A stretch of 58,586 nt of DNA, the filler included, from Dugesia japonica (taxonomy: Eukaryota): assembly GCA_001938525.1 (NCBI GenBank). It is 5 parts of 5 records of this genome, joined end to end, with 100 filler letters (N's around TTAATTAATTAA, not from the genome) between each part and the next. Parts side by side here need not be neighbours in the genome. Positions count along the whole stretch, not along the records: positions 44,560 to 58,586 come from MQRL01576079.1; 4 more parts are not named here. One strand, written 5' to 3'. Position numbers and translations under genes: made by a program. Shown piece by piece: positions 52,303-58,586 of this stretch. The notes beneath the pieces were generated by a model. That model had not been told where the DNA came from. It worked only from the letters and a program-made list of their open reading frames with translations, and searched no databases. Positions within the stretch are counted from its first letter, which is position 1. Each line of letters opens with the position of its first letter.

Positions 52303-55300
52303 TTACGAATCTTGTAATTTAAGATTAATTAAATTATTTGTTATCATTTTGACAACAAATTCATTTTCTTCATATTCAGAACCGATTAATTGATTAATTA
52401 AATTATTTCCCATATTACTAATGTGAATATATTGATTGATTAAGTCATTTAATTGGTTGAATTCTAATGTTGATTTTTTATTATTAATATTTTCAATAAT
52501 AATAATTAAAATTTCATAAGTCAAATAAACAGCTAATTGATTTGCAGACTGATTGATTTGTTTTGTGATTAATTTCGATTTTATTTGATTACATAAAATT
52601 AAAGATTTATCGGATTTTATTTGTTTACAATTTTCCTTTAACAACGACCAAATATCTTTTAAGCTTTTTAAATCAATCCAAATCAATCGATGCAAATCAA
52701 TTAAAATAGAATAAAACCCGATTTCATTGGATAAATGAATTTTTTCCCGCCAATTATCGATTTCGATTGTTTTTTCCAATGATTCCAGTAGAATATGATT
52801 TACAAAATTAAATGCGCACTCCAACAGTAATTCCTGTTGGTTATGTTTGATTAATATTTGAATTGTAACCCAATTCGCTAATTCCGATTTCCGTCTGTTT
52901 AATGATTGGATAACGTCTTTATAGTTCTTCATTAGCATGCTACACGCTCCGGATAATTCGAAACAACCGTTTTTGTAATAGGTTTCCCTCAATTTCGGCA
53001 ACAATTCCTCTTCAATCAACCGATCTGTCGGTGGTAATCGTAATTTTGCGAGAATTACCGCTTCTCGAATGCAATCGTTCTTTACCAATACATCTATTGC
53101 ACGTTTCGTTTCACTCATTGCCAACCAATAAGTTGCCCCGAGAATCGGATCTTTCCGCGAACCGATCGCATTGTTAACGTGCATTCTAATCAGTTCCTCC
53201 GGAATATCGCGCGCGGTGTAACCGAATATCACCGACATCAACCAATCAGCGCTGTAATTCATCGCTAACGAATCAGAAACCACTCTACCGATTTTCCCCA
53301 ACCAAATCAATAAGATAAAATAATTATCAAAGTTCTTTTCTTCTTTATGATGCGATAATTCTATTTCGATTTGTTTGATGATAATCGATCTTGAATCGAA
53401 AATAGCAAAACACGGTAAATACGATATTATTTCTTCTCCTTCTTTGTTTGCCTGGAGAAACCGTAGAAATGCGTTCTGATACTCATCCAATGAGTGATGA
53501 AGGGAAAATATCGTTATTGGAAACAAACTCGACCTCTTCTTGGCAACGTAACTATGTCCAGTTCGATTAACAATCACTTCTTTTACTTCTTTCACCTCTT
53601 CAATCTTCTCTTTTTCTTCCTTGTCNNNNNNNNNNNNNNNNNNNNNNNNNNNNNNNNNNNNNNNNNNNNNNNNNNNNNNTGTTGTTGTAACTCCCGGTAA
53701 AGCGGGAATAAATTGTCTTCGTCGATTGAATTCCGTTTTGAGAATCTGTTCCGATGGACGCCACGCAAACAAATTCGAATCTTCTCCTCCGGTATAGATC
53801 AAATCTCGATCTCTCGGGCTCCATTTACAACAAAACACTTTTCCCTGGTGGTTATTGAAGCTGACAATTGGAGAATTCTGGGAAATATTCCACACGAACG
53901 CTGTGTGATCGTAGGACGATGTGACGAGTTGATTAGTGTCAAATGGGCACCAATCGATTCCTGTGATTCGATCTCCGTGGCCCTTGAACTTTGCGAGAGT
54001 TTCATTGAAAACCACAGCAGTTCGACCGCTTTTCTCTCCATCGATGATTTGGAAATCTTCTATGACTTTTCTCAAATCCGTAACTGTTAGAAACCGTTCA
54101 TTTGATCCGACAGCGAGTTGATAAGGAACCTCCTCTTTCGATGAACAGTTAGAAATCGGACACCAACGCATACAATTGATCCCTTTTGAGTGGGTTTTTA
54201 TTTGACAAACTAACACCAACTCGGAATCGGATTTCGTTGCGAAGATATTAACGAGTCCGTTACCGTATCCAACAGCAAAATACCGCATCAAACTGTGCAT
54301 TACAAAATCAGAGATAATCAGATTGTTTCCTTCCCTCACTAAATCCGACAAATCAAAGAACTCATTTTCACGAAAGTTATGCCCGTATAAAGAACCGTTT
54401 CCAACACTGTAAACTATCAATTTGTCCTGCATTTCTTCCCAGCTGATCCCCGAATAATCCTTTCGTATGTCGACCCCCCAATTCGTTATGAAAACTTTAT
54501 TCTGATGCAGTAATTTCGATGGAATCGCTATTTTCTTGTCTTTGACAACATTAATCAGTCCGACGTCACCGTTTTCCGTACCGAATGCGAGTAATCCTTC
54601 TCGAAATGGATGCCATTGGATAGCGAGAATTTTACCGTTGATTCCATCCCAGATATTCGTTACGTCAAATGATCTCCTGTTGGCATTACTGTCGAATCTC
54701 CATAACCGGATTAGATTATCCGATCCTCCGACTGCTAATTGGTTGTTTCTTTCTCCGGCGTCGACACTCATTATTGAACCACCTAAACACGGCATTGTGA
54801 ACACGATTTCTCCGTCTCTACTGTTGCTATTCTCTTGATCGGTTAATATCCGAGAAATATTCAATATTCTATCCAGACTGTGAGAGATAAATACTCCATT
54901 ATTGTTATGGAATTCTTTAATACCGAATACCGCTTTACAATGGGTTTTTGTGGAATTATTCTGAGAGAAATATTTTAATTCTGTTGACGAAGGAGTTTTC
55001 CAAATCCCAATATTCCCATATCCATTTGACGCAATCAATGATCCGTTATTTATACTCGACCAACAAATCGATGACCATTGAGAATGATTTGATGTAGAAT
55101 TTTCTTTTTCGTTAAATCCATCGGAATTGTTTTGCTTTTTCCAAGTGGAAGGAAGAATTATCGTTTTACAATTGAAATTTTTCTCGACTTTCCAAAGTTT
55201 TATTTGCCGATCTTTACCAGAAGTTGCGAGATCACCCCAAATTTCAATATTGTCATCAATTGGATTCCATTTTACGTTGCATAAATCAGAATGATGAGCT

Positions 55301-55938
55301 CTGAATTGAGTTAATTTTGTAATATTATCGTAACTGTTCATTAGATAAATATCGACAAATCCTTTTTTATGAGCAATTGCGAATTTATTTTCTTTAAATG
55401 TAATCTGATTTATATCTCCATTTTTTGTGAGGAAAGTTTTATATTCCGAATCAGTTTTATAATTCCATGATAACAATAAACCTTTATCGAAACCAACTAG
55501 TATTATGTGAGACGAATTAATAGAAATACAAGTCGGGTCGCAGTTACGAATATCAGTTAAACTAATATTAAATTCCTTTAAACAGCAACAACCAGAATCT
55601 TCATTAAAAGACCAAATTCGTATCATTTTGTCTTTACCACATGAAGCAAATCGTGGTTGAAGCCGAGTGTCCTTGAACTGTAGTGAACTTCCATTTAGGA
55701 TTGTACATAAACCAGTAATATAATCGTGATGAGCTTTCATATAATATTGAATTTTTATATCAAAATAATTTTTCAATGATTTAGATCCTTCAGTTATTTT
55801 AATAAAATAAATTTGATTTCTAGAACCATAATAAAATATTCCTGATTTCTCTTCAAAATTCCATTCAAAAGTATCCAATATATCAGTCATATACCATAAC
55901 GGTGAATTGATTAGACCAGAATAAATAGGAAGTGTCAT
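52303..55938 (-). CDS. GEMIN5: Gem-associated protein 5 (WD40-repeat SMN complex subunit), single exon
   Basis: 1211-aa ORF with many WD40 repeats; Gemin5 signatures SPLWY (human SPNWY), WHPFREGLLAFGTENGDVG (WHPTKEGCLAFGTDDGKVG), REAVILAKLRLPPTD (REAIAIAKARLRPED); short N gap in the linker. Confidence 0.88.
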   Translation of the reverse strand: MTLPIYSGLINSPLWYMTDILDTFEWNFEEKSGIFYYGSRNQIYFIKITEGSKSLKNYFDIKIQYYMKAHHDYITGLCTILNGSSLQFKDTRLQPRFASCGKDKMIRIWSFNEDSGCCCLKEFNISLTDIRNCDPTCISINSSHIILVGFDKGLLLSWNYKTDSEYKTFLTKNGDINQITFKENKFAIAHKKGFVDIYLMNSYDNITKLTQFRAHHSDLCNVKWNPIDDNIEIWGDLATSGKDRQIKLWKVEKNFNCKTIILPSTWKKQNNSDGFNEKENSTSNHSQWSSICWSSINNGSLIASNGYGNIGIWKTPSSTELKYFSQNNSTKTHCKAVFGIKEFHNNNGVFISHSLDRILNISRILTDQENSNSRDGEIVFTMPCLGGSIMSVDAGERNNQLAVGGSDNLIRLWRFDSNANRRSFDVTNIWDGINGKILAIQWHPFREGLLAFGTENGDVGLINVVKDKKIAIPSKLLHQNKVFITNWGVDIRKDYSGISWEEMQDKLIVYSVGNGSLYGHNFRENEFFDLSDLVREGNNLIISDFVMHSLMRYFAVGYGNGLVNIFATKSDSELVLVCQIKTHSKGINCMRWCPISNCSSKEEVPYQLAVGSNERFLTVTDLRKVIEDFQIIDGEKSGRTAVVFNETLAKFKGHGDRITGIDWCPFDTNQLVTSSYDHTAFVWNISQNSPIVSFNNHQGKVFCCKWSPRDRDLIYTGGEDSNLFAWRPSEQILKTEFNRRRQFIPALPGVTTTXXXXXXXXXXXXXXXXXXDKEEKEKIEEVKEVKEVIVNRTGHSYVAKKRSSLFPITIFSLHHSLDEYQNAFLRFLQANKEGEEIISYLPCFAIFDSRSIIIKQIEIELSHHKEEKNFDNYFILLIWLGKIGRVVSDSLAMNYSADWLMSVIFGYTARDIPEELIRMHVNNAIGSRKDPILGATYWLAMSETKRAIDVLVKNDCIREAVILAKLRLPPTDRLIEEELLPKLRETYYKNGCFELSGACSMLMKNYKDVIQSLNRRKSELANWVTIQILIKHNQQELLLECAFNFVNHILLESLEKTIEIDNWREKIHLSNEIGFYSILIDLHRLIWIDLKSLKDIWSLLKENCKQIKSDKSLILCNQIKSKLITKQINQSANQLAVYLTYEILIIIIENINNKKSTLEFNQLNDLINQYIHISNMGNNLINQLIGSEYEENEFVVKMITNNLINLKLQDS

Positions 55939-56559
55939 ATTTCTGAAATTTTTAAAATAAAAACATAAAAAATGGATTAAAGTAATTATAATTCAAAAAT
56001 TAAATATTAAATTCAAAATTAATTTAAAATTAACAAAATTATTCAATGAAATGAAATTTCTGATGAATAATTATTAAATTACTCTAATATTAGGTTATAA
56101 AATAATGGAGTTAAGAAATATAATATTTGATTTTAAAAAAATAAGACATAATGATTATTTAAACAATGAGATTTAAATTTTGCAAACTTGAATCACTTTA
56201 GATTATCAAAGTTTTATATAGTACAAAAGTTATTAACAATAGTTCCCTTATTTCAAATGAAAACTGCATATAATTTTTGTTGAGCAATCGCATTATTAAA
56301 AATTTATAGCTTACGAAACTGTGAACTTTAAATTTTTAACACCATTTGTCAGAAATTTGTTTAGACTATAAAATGAAATATTTATTTATGAAATGTTGCA
56401 TTTTAATAAAGACGATTGCATTTTGTTTAACATTTAATTGTAACTTTTATTTTAAAATTCGTATTTCTTTTGAATTTTCGTTATATTGTAGATTATTTGT
56501 TTAAATAATATGTCAACTTTTTATATTTTAAATATTGGTTTTATTTTACATTATTTATA
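55939..56559. promoter_or_regulatory. putative bidirectional promoter between GEMIN5 and METTL5
   Basis: head-to-head start codons 621 bp apart with no room for another gene. Confidence 0.55.
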
Positions 56560-57484
<925 letters not shown>

Positions 57485-58586
57485 ATTAATTAATAATTTG
57501 TTGCATTTTACTCGTTAAGTTTTTTAAATAAATTTAATTAAAAGTACAATGAAAAATTGTCATTTGAAACGAATTATGAAAGACGTTCTCTAAGAGAGAG
57601 TCAAGGTCTCCTAAAAATGGACACTGAGGATTGAAACGTCCTAGATCTTACTTTCAGTTATAAATTACACTTGAATTAAAATTTTCATATTATTATTTAA
57701 CTTGTAATTTGCATGATAATTTAATTTAAAGATTTATATACACAAGTAATCAATGTAACGATGCGTTTTTTGACAATTTAGATCCTCTTTAAATAATAAA
57801 ATAATATCTCGATGGTAATTATAACTTTCTAATTATTAATGCTCACCATACTTTCATCTCCGAAATTATTGTGTTGGGCTTCCACCTGAGTTACGTATCG
57901 AAAAATTGTTGGCTGGGGAAAAACAGCCCTCAGGGGACCCTTTCAAGAACTTAACCTAAAGCCCCTAGTTTAGTTATTCAGTGTAGAGTGGTTGACCTCC
58001 TACTTCATGGGAGGTGCACACTCGTACACCTTTAATTTGGGTTCATGATTTTCCCTTAAATAACTCAAACAAAACATCTATTATTAAAACATAATTCATT
58101 AGATGCCAAGAAAGAGAATAAAAAGTTATATTGGAAATATATATTAATAATTAATTATTTATAATTTATCCTGTTAATATATTTATTTATATTTGATAAA
58201 ACAAGAAAAACGAAGTTATTATTTTAAGGAAAAAATATTATTATTATTTTATTTCGATTCGTGCCGGTCTGATGATTATAGATTTCATCGGCGCCGTTGC
58301 ACGTTGAAACACGAATTATTGTTACCGCACATCTGGTATTGAGCATTGAATTAGATGCAACGGGTGAGCACCGTGCGATCTGCAACAAAATTAATCTTTA
58401 TCGGGTAAGCACCGCACACTATCTACAATATCTACAAAATCTATTATAGTATATGGTGCCAATTAAGCACCGGCCATCATACAGAACTACGGAAAATATG
58501 ATGAAAATAAAATCATCACAAACATCTTTACGTCTTCATTCGTTCTTTCGTAAGCCATCATTTCTTGGATATCTCTCATTCTTGAG

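Noticed and set aside
53494-54838. Small ORFs overlapping Gemin5
   Set aside because: Antisense or alternate-frame shadows of the real CDS
57617-57645. Hammerhead-like CTGAGGA-TT-GAAACGTC
   Set aside because: Stem II is absent (2-nt spacer), so it cannot be supported
58261-58330. Hammerhead ribozyme (CTGATGA...GAAAC...GTT with a plausible stem I)
   Set aside because: No stem II can form between CTGATGA and GAAA, and the core is sequestered in an alternative hairpin

Overview
Very AT-rich eukaryotic DNA with very short (39-50 nt) GT-AG introns. It looks like an invertebrate, and a planarian flatworm is my inference from composition and gene structure only. The window is NOT one locus: four identical 100-bp spacers (44 N + TTAATTAATTAA + 44 N) join five separate contigs (~1-8363, 8464-19152, 19253-34338, 34439-44459, 44560-58586). 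Host genes are two calcineurin A exons, four exons of a CREC-family (calumenin/reticulocalbin-like) EF-hand gene ending in RDEL, an intronless Gemin5, a complete 5-exon METTL5, and an orphan single-exon type I membrane protein. The rest is mostly decayed mobile DNA: mariner, Tc1, pogo/Tigger, hAT, MULE, Ty3/Gypsy, MITEs, tandem repeats and two Polinton/Maverick remnants. One remnant has a packaging ATPase, minor capsid and QxGxG small protein. The other has the N-terminal part of a protein-primed PolB. The most striking observation is a compact, intronless, divergent TATA-binding-protein (TBP)-like gene about 2 kb upstream of and co-oriented with that PolB. This suggests a Maverick lineage carrying its own basal transcription factor. 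All family assignments come from motif recognition by eye; no searches were run.
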